This document shows, piece after piece, positions 20,121 to 29,416 of a stretch of DNA of 64,000 nt. Source of the DNA: a virus. The position numbers and the translations under genes are program-made. The DNA lies in the IMG/VR virus record IMGVR_UViG_3300045911_000143, positions 14,355 to 78,354 of that record; one strand, given 5' to 3'. Under the pieces are notes generated by a model. The model was not told the origin of the DNA. It ran no database searches and worked only from the letters and a program-made list of their open reading frames with translations. How positions within the stretch are numbered: the stretch's first letter is position 1; each line of letters begins with the position of its first letter.

Positions 20121-20330
20121 TTAGTAAGTATCTCGGTTATATACCGCTTCGTCGAATCTCGCAGATTCAAAGAAACGCCATTCCTGTTCGGCCTTTTCTC
20201 CCGTGAAGATTTTCTTGGTGCGAGGATAGTAAAGGATCATGGTGCCAGCGTTGAAGGGGTTGCCGTAAAAGTCCCGACCAGCATACTTGGCCTTGATCCA
20301 GCGGGGGTCATCACGGTAGGAAGTCGCCAT
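20121..20330 (-). CDS. hypothetical protein
   Basis: GGAG RBS, own promoter. Confidence 0.6.
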   Translation of the reverse strand: MATSYRDDPRWIKAKYAGRDFYGNPFNAGTMILYYPRTKKIFTGEKAEQEWRFFESARFDEAVYNRDTY

Positions 20331-20398
20331 TGGTCATATCTCCACTTGGTGAAAGCATTATACTACAGCGGATGGTACGAGTCAAGAAAAATATTCTA

Positions 20399-20444
20399 TT
20401 GCATTGTATTCCATTCTATGATAAAATGGGATGGTAGGACGGGG
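20399..20444 (+). repeat. G-rich promoter repeat family (about 10 copies, both strands)
   Basis: Consensus TTGYAT..TG(A/C)TAAAAT-GGGATGGTNGGACGGGG at 20399+, 22049-, 24011+, 25357-, 26031+, 26423+, 27187-, 32726+ (diverged), 34226-, 41286-. Confidence 0.85.
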
Positions 20445-20596
20445 ATGGTGACAATATCCCCCTGTACCACACTTCCACTCCAATCTCCAAGATTGGAGAA
20501 TCGCAGTCTGCAACACTGGAGGACAATGTTGCAGACTGTAGATTCTGAATCAGGCACTCGGGGCTGTCAACCCCTGTTCCCTTTCCTTCATTTCGA

Positions 20597-20872
20597 TTAG
20601 ACAACGGTGGGGGAGAATCTAGTCTTGCGTCGGATGCTGGAATATCTGTTGCAGTTGCTTTCCTTGATATGGGGCCTTGCCTTTTCGTAGGTTCCCCATT
20701 TCGTTAAGATGAAAGTGTCGGCGTCCACATCCTCCTCCAGATAAGCATACTTCCCATCCTTTGACATATAGGAATAGAAAGTAATCTTATCCATGATGCC
20801 AAGGTCACGGAGTTCCTGCATCTTGACACGGAGCCAGCCATGACCGGGATCGCTGTAGAAAATGTATTGCAT
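20597..20872 (-). CDS. conserved hypothetical protein (DPGHGWL...YLEED family)
   Basis: AGGAGG RBS; motif seen in phage and plasmid proteins. Confidence 0.7.
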   Translation of the reverse strand: MQYIFYSDPGHGWLRVKMQELRDLGIMDKITFYSYMSKDGKYAYLEEDVDADTFILTKWGTYEKARPHIKESNCNRYSSIRRKTRFSPTVV

Positions 20873-20926
20873 GTGACTTCCTCCTAACGAGGATGTATTA
20901 TATCACGAATGTATTACAAGTCAAGC

Positions 20927-21127
20927 CTACCAGCGGCTTTGATTCCTAGGGATCAAGCCAAAGACAACAAGTAGGGTTACAAAGGCACCGATCAGGATGA
21001 TTAGGATTGTGCTTACAATCCACGGAAGCCAGAGCGGCGACAGAATCCAAACCCACGACCAAGTGACAACGCCGGCCAGTTTCAGGACGATGAAGATTGT
21101 GGTTAGTATGATGTAAAATCGTACCAT
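20927..21127 (-). CDS. small membrane protein
   Basis: VLKL.G...WSW.W.LSPLW family motif. Confidence 0.7.
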   Translation of the reverse strand: MVRFYIILTTIFIVLKLAGVVTWSWVWILSPLWLPWIVSTILIILIGAFVTLLVVFGLIPRNQSRW

Positions 21128-21128
21128 G

Positions 21129-21500
21129 CTACATTCCTAGTTGTCTTGACAGAATCGTCACGGCGTCATCAACATCCTGCTTTGTATAAGGCTTGAGTTC
21201 GCCTCGCATCACTTGCTCGTCAATCCATTCACCATCGACTTCCCAGACTTCACTATTGTCCAGACTGTCCCCGAAATGATCGAGATGACCAGTTGCATCA
21301 ATCCATTCGCCGCTAGGCTTACGGACAGCCAGATGATTCACGTGGAAGTCATCATCACTTTCTGCGTCATCATTGAAGAAAACGTCCGCCACGATGGTTC
21401 CGCCATAGAGTTTCTGGAGGGCAATTGAAGCAACATGGCACCAGCCATTGGTGTAGGCTTTGACGGCGAGACGATTCAGGGCTGCTTCGACATTGTTCAT
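21129..21500 (-). CDS. transglutaminase/papain-like Cys-His-Asp protein
   Basis: NGWC...NH...IDA.G; ATG 7 nt after TATAAT (leaderless). Confidence 0.5.
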   Translation of the reverse strand: MNNVEAALNRLAVKAYTNGWCHVASIALQKLYGGTIVADVFFNDDAESDDDFHVNHLAVRKPSGEWIDATGHLDHFGDSLDNSEVWEVDGEWIDEQVMRGELKPYTKQDVDDAVTILSRQLGM

Positions 21501-21549
21501 GAAATAGATTATACCACGGTTTTTAGAGTTTGTAAATGAGTGAGAGAGT

Positions 21550-21969
21550 TTAGGGTTGAACGCTTGGAGGACTGCCATAATTAGGGCAACCTCGTTCTGC
21601 ATCAACATCCGTGGCGTGGCAGGCGCAGGTTATGCTCTCGAAAGAATCACTGAGAAGATCAGTGTCGATGGTATAGATTACTGTCGTGCCGTTGACAGCA
21701 CCACGAGAATCAAACTTGAAAGAAAGTACCAGTTCCGCCTCCCTATCCTTGGTATGGACCCCATTCTGGCGGGACAGGAAATACACTACACCGGGTCCGG
21801 GGTTCTGGGTGCCTGTGTTGATATGCAGCGGCACCGTAGGATCGCCAGAATATGCACATTCATAAACAACATTTACGGGCATATTCGGGTTTTGCAGCAA
21901 GCAAAGTTGCTGTCCATCAGGATCAATGATGCAGAAGTTTGTCACGATCATCAAGATGGCGTAGAGCAT
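21550..21969 (-). CDS. exported Cys-containing protein
   Basis: GAGGA RBS, hydrophobic N-terminus, LLSDSFES motif. Confidence 0.55.
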   Translation of the reverse strand: MLYAILMIVTNFCIIDPDGQQLCLLQNPNMPVNVVYECAYSGDPTVPLHINTGTQNPGPGVVYFLSRQNGVHTKDREAELVLSFKFDSRGAVNGTTVIYTIDTDLLSDSFESITCACHATDVDAERGCPNYGSPPSVQP

Positions 21970-22133
21970 AATTTTTTCCTCTTGGACGAATATTATACCA
22001 CATGATATGGCAGTAGTAAAGTCAAATATTTTGTGCAGTGGAGTACCTCCGTCCGACCATCCCATTTTATCATATAATGGAATAGAATGCAAGAAAAAGG
22101 CGGTAGAAACCGCCCTTAAATGAATCCGCGATT

Positions 22134-22208
22134 TGGTGCCGCCTGAGCGACTTGCGCGCTCCTGATCTGCTTACAAGGCAGTTGCCTCGCTATCTAGGCT
22201 TAGGCGGC
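22134..22208 (-). tRNA. tRNA-Thr(UGU), non-canonical T and D loops
   Basis: GCCGCCT/AGGCGGC-ACCA acceptor, CTTGTAA loop, T-loop CGCAAGT. Confidence 0.65.
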
Positions 22209-22320
22209 TTTAATCGTAATGATCCAGCAAAATCCAGCATCCTGCAACGAGGATTGCTGCCACAGTGATCCAGAACATTCGGGAGATTCGATGCATTGGA
22301 TTCAATCTTGAGTTAAGGGA

Positions 22321-22454
22321 ATGGTGGCGGAAACGTATTAGCGCCTTATTGATTCTCTTAGCCGGTCATCGACCAAAGGTTTCCGGCGCTAATCGGAAAT
22401 CCTTTGCTGACCCATCCTAGCCATCCGCCTCAAGTGCGTTAGCAGGACCACCAT
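22321..22454 (-). ncRNA. unknown structured small RNA, copy 1
   Basis: Own TTGCAA/TATAAT promoter; 41-nt 5' block identical to 27002-27113; closing stem and pseudoknot. Confidence 0.65.
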
Positions 22455-22507
22455 ATGAAGCATTATACTACCATTGGATCAGGATTGCAAGGACTTTACT
22501 ATCTGGA

Positions 22508-22732
22508 TTAGTAATCGTCCCCGAAGTATCCATAATCTTCATCGGTTCCCATCCCAGCAGATGCCAGCGCCCAGCCGTCATCGGAATCATCGCAGTCGAT
22601 TTCAGGCTCCTCATCAGGGTCTTCATAGGCCAGCATGGGATCGAAAACTTCCCGGCAATCCATGCAAGTCCAATTGTCATCGTGCGTTTCCTGAGTGTTG
22701 AGGGAACCGCAGGCGGGGCAATGATAGTTCAT
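22508..22732 (-). CDS. zinc-ribbon protein with acidic tail
   Basis: CPAC...CMDC; GGAG RBS. Confidence 0.65.
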   Translation of the reverse strand: MNYHCPACGSLNTQETHDDNWTCMDCREVFDPMLAYEDPDEEPEIDCDDSDDGWALASAGMGTDEDYGYFGDDY

Positions 22733-22834
22733 TTGGGGTTCTCCGGTTGAGGAAAACATTATACTATGTTTGGTTGCAGGGTGCAAGCGATTACCTTGCT
22801 TTCCACCCTGCGCCTTCCACGAAAAGCGATTATC

Positions 22835-23038
22835 TTACTGATGCGAGATTTTTGCAATTCGCATCAAGTAGTTAGCCGCGTTGATGATGTATTCTTCATT
22901 CGTGATTGCGCGCTGCCAATACCATTGCTGGCGGGCCACGTATTCCCCCTTTCTTTCGTAAGGCATACGCTTTTCCCTTGCCTTCTCCCGATAGTGAAGA
23001 ATACGCTTGGCGAAAACTTCGAGGATTTCAGGATTCAT
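22835..23038 (-). CDS. hypothetical protein
   Basis: ORF; tiling. Confidence 0.45.
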   Translation of the reverse strand: MNPEILEVFAKRILHYREKAREKRMPYERKGEYVARQQWYWQRAITNEEYIINAANYLMRIAKISHQ

Positions 23039-23042
23039 AGTA

Positions 23043-23270
23043 TCATGCCTTATACTTTTTCACCAGTCCAGCCAAATTTTCTTCTGCCCCTTCAAGGCTT
23101 GTACGTTGCGAGCATGGCCGCCATTTGGTCTTAAAAGTGGGGCAAATGGCGGTATCAAAATTGTTGTAACAGAATGTTTCCAGCACAATATGCGAATCAT
23201 CCTCAAGCCGGACGATTGCATATTTCTTTTCTGCGCTGACCGTTACAACCCTGATCGCTTGCACTAACAT
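23043..23270 (-). CDS. hypothetical protein
   Basis: AGGAG RBS. Confidence 0.55.
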   Translation of the reverse strand: MLVQAIRVVTVSAEKKYAIVRLEDDSHIVLETFCYNNFDTAICPTFKTKWRPCSQRTSLEGAEENLAGLVKKYKA

Positions 23271-23298
23271 TCTCCTGATCGATTATGCTGCTATTGTA

Positions 23299-23511
23299 TC
23301 AGCCTTCCGCCCCAAGTTCAGCATAGGCAAGACTGATCGCAGCCGAATCTGATTCGGTGTAAAAAAGTTCCGGCCACGACTTGTCGGGGTTGCCGTGGCG
23401 GTTCCAAATGAATTGGCCCAACCGCAGATGGGTGCCCTTGCGCGCACCAACCTTGAAATACTCGTTAATCGTGGCGCTGAGGGTTTCGATGTTGCAGTTC
23501 AGGCGATCCAT
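23299..23511 (-). CDS. hypothetical protein (RLGQ...PELFY family)
   Basis: GGGAG RBS; common phage motif. Confidence 0.65.
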   Translation of the reverse strand: MDRLNCNIETLSATINEYFKVGARKGTHLRLGQFIWNRHGNPDKSWPELFYTESDSAAISLAYAELGAEG

Positions 23512-23577
23512 AGTGTTCTCCCTTGATATGGATTGTATTATATCACAAAATGGATACCAGTCAACCCCCTTGATAGA

Positions 23578-23611
23578 AAAAGGGCCGCCAGTTTTTTGGC
23601 GGCCCTTTTTT
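23578..23611. terminator. bidirectional intrinsic terminator
   Basis: aaaagggccgcca-loop-tggcggcccttttt. Confidence 0.75.
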
Positions 23612-23612
23612 G

Positions 23613-23852
23613 TCAGATCAGCCCTTCCCTTTTGGCCTTACTCACATATACCGCCGCGCTGGATTTCTTAATCCCAGACGCCACGACAGCATCCACGCGA
23701 GCCTTGTTCTCCGCATCGGCGGGGAGGGCCTTCAGAATCGCAACTGCGCGGTCATATGCGGTTTCGGCCAACTTGGGCCGTCCACGGCCACGCTTGGCTT
23801 GGATCACAGGGGCAGTGTTCTCGGGGTTTGTGACTTCGGTGTTATCATTCAT
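23613..23852 (-). CDS. AT-hook small DNA-binding protein
   Basis: KRGRGRPK plus helical domain; paralog of the 31979 C-terminus. Confidence 0.65.
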   Translation of the reverse strand: MNDNTEVTNPENTAPVIQAKRGRGRPKLAETAYDRAVAILKALPADAENKARVDAVVASGIKKSSAAVYVSKAKREGLI

Positions 23853-24181
23853 GTTTCAGTTCCTATTTTGGTGGTGGAGGCTGTATTATACAACGATTAG
23901 ATTAGACTTTCAAGCACCCCGTTGACGCATTCCAGTGACCGGGGTGGTGCAGGACCATTTGTTTTCAAGTGAGACTTACTATAGCACGCATCTTCTATCA
24001 AATACAAGTATTGTAATGTAAGATATTTCGTGCTAAAATGGGATGGTGGACGGGGATGGTATAAAAGAGAAAAAGGCGGGTGCCCTAGGACACCCGCCTT
24101 GTCTTGTCACCAGCCACCACGGCTGGTTTCTCGCTTCGCCCTCTCAAGGTGTAACTATTATCTCACAAATGGGGGAGGGTG

Positions 24182-25048
24182 TCAACCCTCCCCTTCCCCC
24201 GCGTCAGGCTTGCGGTTCAGGATGTAGTCTGCCGCCTTTTGCGCCCTTGCCGCTGCGGTGGCGAACAAATGCGGATCGCTTCGCAGCGCGCGGGACCATC
24301 CGTCAAGGTACGCCGCAGTATTCTCAATCACCTTGGGGGCAATCCCGGCTTCGGCACTCAGGAAACATGCTGCCAGTTCCGCCACAAGTTCCTCGCGGCT
24401 GTATTCGTGGGAACCGAAATAGGAAGGCTGATCGATTTCTTTTCGGTTCAAGCGAGACTTGTGGCCGGTGCTATGGGCAAGTTCATGGAACAGAGTAGCA
24501 TAGAAACTTTCCGCAGAATCGAAAGTCTCACGATGCGGTATATTGATTTTGTCAATCGTTGGGATGTAACATGCACGCTCCCCGCCGTAGCGGATTTCGG
24601 GGCGGTTCGGCATACCATTGACAATGGCCTCACATGCGTCCAGAACCGGGACAGCCTCGCGGGCCTCATGGGGCGGAAGTTCGATCCCGTCAACTTGCGC
24701 AATGTTGTAAACGAGGAAAAATCTGAAAATGGGGAAGGTTGATTCCTCGCCACTTTCATCGGTACGCTTCACCCAGTTCCAAAAATAGACCGGAGTATGC
24801 GCCTTTTCCTCGCCAGCCTTGATTGTTCCCCCGGCAGCCTTGATCTGATTGTAGGTCAGCCAGACCGATTCGGGATAACCCTTCATGACTTGTACCATGT
24901 TAAGCATGAAGGTGTTGATTCCCCGGTAGGTCCGTCCGCTGATGTTACGCGGGGGGTCCGATGCCTTCCACGGCTTCAACCACGGGGCCGTACCATTTTC
25001 GATCATCTTAAGAATCTGATCGGTCAGAATCTGATAGACTTTCGACAT
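24182..25048 (-). CDS. ardC: ArdC-family ssDNA-binding antirestriction protein
   Basis: APW.KPW, Y.GIN, W.TY.Q, FHELAHSTGH..RL.R, YS.EELVAE, AAY...W. Confidence 0.9.
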   Translation of the reverse strand: MSKVYQILTDQILKMIENGTAPWLKPWKASDPPRNISGRTYRGINTFMLNMVQVMKGYPESVWLTYNQIKAAGGTIKAGEEKAHTPVYFWNWVKRTDESGEESTFPIFRFFLVYNIAQVDGIELPPHEAREAVPVLDACEAIVNGMPNRPEIRYGGERACYIPTIDKINIPHRETFDSAESFYATLFHELAHSTGHKSRLNRKEIDQPSYFGSHEYSREELVAELAACFLSAEAGIAPKVIENTAAYLDGWSRALRSDPHLFATAAARAQKAADYILNRKPDAGEGEG

Positions 25049-25308
25049 AGCGTCGTCTCCGTTGATGGTGAAATCATTATCCGATATTAGCCTTTGGTTG
25101 TCAAGTGTCAATCGGCTATTTTTTGATCGTTTAAAGGCTTGACTATCAGATTGGATGATGTATAATGCTTTACATGGTTAGGGCGGTAACGACAGCCCCG
25201 ATCACAGCCCCGAAACGGGAACTTTGGCAACCTAGATTAATTGAGGGTAGGATGGTTTACCCCCGCGACGGCCCGTAAGAAAAATTGATGGTTGTAAACC
25301 AAACGAGC

Positions 25309-25344
25309 AAAAAATCCAGACCAAAGTTATGGTCTGGATTTTTT
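25309..25344. terminator. bidirectional terminator ending a + strand short transcript
   Basis: aaaaaatccagacca-aagtta-tggtctggatttttt. Confidence 0.75.
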
Positions 25345-25605
25345 AATTTACAGCATCCCGTCCGACCATCCCATTTTATCATATAATGGAATAGAATGCA
25401 ACAAAAAAGGGAGGCTTTTGCCTCCCTTTTGAGTTTGTTAGAATCCTTCCCCGTAAACGAACGCATCCTGATCCGCTGCACGCTCGGCGGCCAACCGATC
25501 CAGCCATTCGTGGTAGGCAATGTCGGATTCTAACATTTCAAGTTCTTCGTCGTTCATGGCTTCCTCCAGTTGGTGAAATCATTATATTACATCAACGCAG
25601 TTGAG

Positions 25606-25992
25606 TCAAGCGAAAACTTCGGAAATTTTCTGACGCCATTTTAGTTTTGCAGATTCTTTCACGAAAGCAATTTGCGTGCCGGACACCCCCATTTTCCAAC
25701 ACTCAACACCATCGTTATTTGCAGGGCCGAGATTGTAACAGGAAACCAAGAAACCGGCTTCATGAAGGTGAAGGTCTAAGTATAGGGGGAACCACTGGCG
25801 CAGTTTTCTGACTGAAGGTGCGCCATAATACACTGTTCCGGGGTGTTGTCCCTTTAGTTTGTGGATGCCATCATTATATGGTGATGGATAACTTTCCCCA
25901 ATGATTTCTCGGATAAGATCAGCCTGTCCGTCCCATTCATCGCAACGGAATGGTCCCAAACCTTTCTCGTTTTCAACTCTATAGGCCAGCAT
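25606..25992 (-). CDS. hypothetical protein (YRVE...G.GP family)
   Basis: ORF directly after promoter. Confidence 0.6.
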   Translation of the reverse strand: MLAYRVENEKGLGPFRCDEWDGQADLIREIIGESYPSPYNDGIHKLKGQHPGTVYYGAPSVRKLRQWFPLYLDLHLHEAGFLVSCYNLGPANNDGVECWKMGVSGTQIAFVKESAKLKWRQKISEVFA

Positions 25993-26111
25993 TGTAGTAT
26001 CATACCATATATTATTTTATTTCTCAAGTGTTGTATTCTATTCCATTCTATGATAAAATGGGATGGTCGGACGGGGTTGGTAATAAGTGATTAAAACCTC
26101 CCTATATCTTT

Positions 26112-26384
26112 TCACGTTGGGTATTCCAAACGATGCTTTTTCAGTGCATCGGCACGATCCCATGCACGATAATAACACTCGACCTCACCATCCGCATCAT
26201 AGACGCAATAGAGGGGGATATAAGAACCCCAATAGGTACCGCTCGGATCATATCCGCCACGATCCAATCGAACCTTGCGGCAGTAGAGTTTGGCCGAACG
26301 ATTGGCGTTGTAGTTGCGCCGACCCAAGGGAGCGCCACGAGAGCAGTTGACGGGGTTGGCTTTCAGACGTGCGTTAATGTCCAT
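26112..26384 (-). CDS. conserved hypothetical protein (GAP.GR...GYD..G.YWG)
   Basis: Motif; leaderless geometry. Confidence 0.6.
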   Translation of the reverse strand: MDINARLKANPVNCSRGAPLGRRNYNANRSAKLYCRKVRLDRGGYDPSGTYWGSYIPLYCVYDADGEVECYYRAWDRADALKKHRLEYPT

Positions 26385-26507
26385 GACCATCATTCTACAC
26401 TGATTGGAATAGAAATCAAGTCTTGTAATGTAATTGATTTCGTGCTAAAATGGGATGGTGGTCGGTGATAGTGGTGAAGAAGTGAGTTGCCTCACTTCGG
26501 TCATACT

Positions 26508-26891
26508 CTAGTCGAGGAAAGAATACAAGGCTTCAACATTCAGCGAGCGATCATTATAGGCTGCCTCCCTCATCGCATAGAATCGCTCGCTCAATTCTTC
26601 GGTACATTTCTCAACATACTTCCACAGGGAAACATTGTAAAGCAACAGGGTTAGGGCAACCCCGAAGGTGCGGTGATTCATCGTACCTTCATAGTAGTTG
26701 TTATCATTTACCACATTGTAAAGGCCCTCCGGGGCGATGACAAAATCAAAGCCGCCGATGTTCTCGACAGTCCATTGACCGCCAGTGTAATCCTCAGAAT
26801 GGTTCCGCGCAAGATTATACAGGCCATTCTCAGCCACGTGCGGGGGAAGTAGCGGAAAGATGCGAGCAAGATCATTCCAATTCATTGCCAT
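26508..26891 (-). CDS. ArdB/KlcA-family antirestriction protein
   Basis: Y.GG.W, N.YEG.M...FG...TL, C-terminal FLD. Confidence 0.75.
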   Translation of the reverse strand: MAMNWNDLARIFPLLPPHVAENGLYNLARNHSEDYTGGQWTVENIGGFDFVIAPEGLYNVVNDNNYYEGTMNHRTFGVALTLLLYNVSLWKYVEKCTEELSERFYAMREAAYNDRSLNVEALYSFLD

Positions 26892-27001
26892 CAGATTTCT
26901 TTCTTTCAGTGTTGGGGTATTATATTCCATTATAGGATGGTTGTCAAGCGTTTTGGTTAGTCAACCCGCAAACATCCCTTGTCCAGTTCACTTAGGTTGG
27001 T

Positions 27002-27113
27002 TGGTGGCGTGGTCTAATCGACATTAACCCTCTTGTTGACACTACGCAGTCGATATTCGCGTTATACGTCTTATCCTAGCCATCCGCCTCAAGTGCGTTA
27101 GCAGGACCACCAT
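27002..27113 (-). ncRNA. unknown structured small RNA, copy 2
   Basis: Own TTGACA/TATAAT promoter; same scaffold as 22321-22454. Confidence 0.65.
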
Positions 27114-27354
27114 GCAAAACATTATACAGTGTTTTCTTCCGTTGTCAATAGTGGAGTTATCAGATTGGTGACTTTAAAGATGCATTCCCCCCGTCCTCCT
27201 GTCACCATTTTAGCATGGAATGTAATACAATGCAAGTCTTGACAAACGATTTTTTTTATGGGAGACTAATCGCAAGGCATCCTCTTGTCACAAAAGATTC
27301 ATAAGATATTTTTCAAAAAACGCTTGACAGTAACATTTCATTATGTTACACTAA

Positions 27355-27780
27355 TCAGTTGGCCAGTTTCAGTGCCAGCACTTCAATATTACCAAACGAT
27401 TCAAAGTAATTGCTCCAAGGGTTATCCAATTTAACCTGTTTACCATCGGATGATGTGTATACAAGGTATTGATTTTTCTGACAATTATTCAATTCAGATT
27501 CAGCCCTTCTAGCATCACATTCTGTTTCATATACGTCAAAAAATTTTATATTTGCATCCATGTTCCATCCGAGTGAGTCGTCAGTATCATAGATTGCAAC
27601 AAGGGCGTAATAGAGTTGGCCCACCTTTGGTGTGAAGCCAACATCAACAAATTCGTTGCCGTATGTCAACGATAGTTGACCAAACTTCCATTCAGTAATG
27701 GTGTTGGGATGTGAATGATCTTGCGATCCAAAACCGTCTTCATAAGACAATTTTGAATATTGCAAATAGATTCTAGGCAT
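27355..27780 (-). CDS. hypothetical protein (cargo of module 1)
   Basis: 141 aa ORF. Confidence 0.65.
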   Translation of the reverse strand: MPRIYLQYSKLSYEDGFGSQDHSHPNTITEWKFGQLSLTYGNEFVDVGFTPKVGQLYYALVAIYDTDDSLGWNMDANIKFFDVYETECDARRAESELNNCQKNQYLVYTSSDGKQVKLDNPWSNYFESFGNIEVLALKLAN

Positions 27781-27793
27781 CTGGATGACCTAT

Positions 27794-27841
27794 TAAGTCC
27801 TAACGCATACGTTAGTAGGGTCCAGTATACACTAGTTGTGG
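27794..27841. repeat. 48-bp hairpin element (copies at 34803-34850 and 41856-41903)
   Basis: taagtcCTAACGcataCGTTAGtagggtccagtatacactagttgtgg conserved three times. Confidence 0.9.
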
Positions 27842-28120
27842 GAAAATTAAAAGCTTACAGTTTAACAAAGTGATAGTCAGTTTTTCGACCTTCTTTGTCC
27901 TGTTATTCTGAGACGTAGGAAACCTTGACTTCAACACCATTAATGGTGAAAACCTTGTCCTTCTTTTGGGGAAGGTCAGCAAAGAATAGATCAACGCTCT
28001 CTGTGGTGAATCGTCTGGAAAGTACCTCTGCCAATTCTTTGCTGGTCATGATAAGATCATTTTTTCCGATGGCGCTAACTTTGACAATCATGACTTTCTC
28101 CAACCTACGAGGATATCATA

Positions 28121-28363
28121 TCAGTCCTTTTTGTAGAATTCAAACTTTGCGCCATTTTTACAAGTGGCAATAATCAAACCTTTTCTATTGTAGGACAATT
28201 CCTTGAGTCCGCTATTATTATCACACTTTTTGGCAGCCAACTCGTAGGTTTCGGGAGCAAGGGGTGAGGACATAATCAAGGGATCGAAAACAAGTGCCTC
28301 CAGCATCAGAGTGATGGCCACGCCAAGAAGAGCAGAAATCAGATTCGTGAAAAAATCAGTCAT
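28121..28363 (-). CDS. small membrane protein
   Basis: N-terminal TM, Cys pair. Confidence 0.55.
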   Translation of the reverse strand: MTDFFTNLISALLGVAITLMLEALVFDPLIMSSPLAPETYELAAKKCDNNSGLKELSYNRKGLIIATCKNGAKFEFYKKD

Positions 28364-28364
28364 G

Positions 28365-28562
28365 TTACCCTTTCCTCTTGTGAATGTCTTTACAATACTT
28401 TACCACAATGTCGGGTGGGAGTCCATCATGGTTAATCAAAGAAAGGCGAACAGTTTCGGCGTCAGGTGCATCCATGTAAACAGTGTCATGGGGGATCAAG
28501 TCGCCATTCCGATTCTTACGATATACTGTCCATGCTCGCAGCGTCATTGGAATCTCCTTCAT
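28365..28562 (-). CDS. hypothetical protein (V..SL.NHDG family)
   Basis: ORF after promoter. Confidence 0.55.
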   Translation of the reverse strand: MKEIPMTLRAWTVYRKNRNGDLIPHDTVYMDAPDAETVRLSLINHDGLPPDIVVKYCKDIHKRKG

Positions 28563-28622
28563 TTGATGAAACCATTATACCGCAATGGAAAGGAAATTGC
28601 AAGAGTGGGGATTATCATCCAT

Positions 28623-29003
28623 TTAGGGGTTATACTGTTCTCCATTTACCCACCACTCTTGTGTTCCGTCAGAACGGATTACAGCGGGTTGGCCATTGTC
28701 GCGGTGACGTACTCCGTTAACCCACCACTCTTGTGTTCCGTCAGAACGGATTACAGCGGGTTGGCCATTGTCGCGGTGACGTTCTCCATTAACCCACCAC
28801 TCTTGTGACCCATCGGGGTGAATTACAGCAGGTTGGTCTCCAAGGCGGTGCTTTACTCCGTCCTTCCACCAGCCTTGATACCCATTAGTTAGAATTAAAG
28901 CCGGTAAATCATCTCCTCGATGCCGAACACCATACTGATTTTGGTACTCAGTCCGTATTAGCCTGCCGTCATCATCAAAAGTTTCTAGCCTATTGATCGT
29001 CAT
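28623..29003 (-). CDS. HRD..PA 24-aa repeat protein
   Basis: Four repeats, two near-identical 72-bp units. Confidence 0.8.
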   Translation of the reverse strand: MTINRLETFDDDGRLIRTEYQNQYGVRHRGDDLPALILTNGYQGWWKDGVKHRLGDQPAVIHPDGSQEWWVNGERHRDNGQPAVIRSDGTQEWWVNGVRHRDNGQPAVIRSDGTQEWWVNGEQYNP

Positions 29004-29416
29004 TATTATCTCCAATTTTTGGGATATTTATAATAGTATTTCATGATGGAAATCTAGGATTCCATCATCTCCCAAAAATGTTTTCACACTTTCAACGAGG
29101 ATTGAGGGTGTCAACAATCCTCGTTGAAAACTCACCGTCAAACTGGGTTTTCTGCAAAACCACAATTTTACGATTTTGTTCCTTTGCCAAAGCCTGTGCC
29201 AGTGCAATAGCAAACTTGTAATGCTTTTCAGGGAAAACCAAACCTTCAACCAGATATTCACCGACATTCGCACTCATTATTTTTTCCCTTATGTTTTGGG
29301 TTGCGTTGGTAGTCGTTCTTGCGGTCCTTATGCTTTGCCGCTTTGTTGAATTTTCGGAAATGTTTGGCAACAGGATTCTTCACGTCCCTATTCTCTAAAT
29401 TGATTGAAGCATTATA

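Noticed and set aside
19589-20170. 193-aa ORF spanning several cassettes
   Set aside because: It reads through promoters and another gene; only the RBS-supported 66-aa C-terminal part (19589-19789) is credible
22321-22454. Retron msr-msd interpretation of the two-copy RNA
   Set aside because: Terminal inverted repeats and hairpins fit loosely, but no reverse transcriptase is adjacent or in the window; left unassigned
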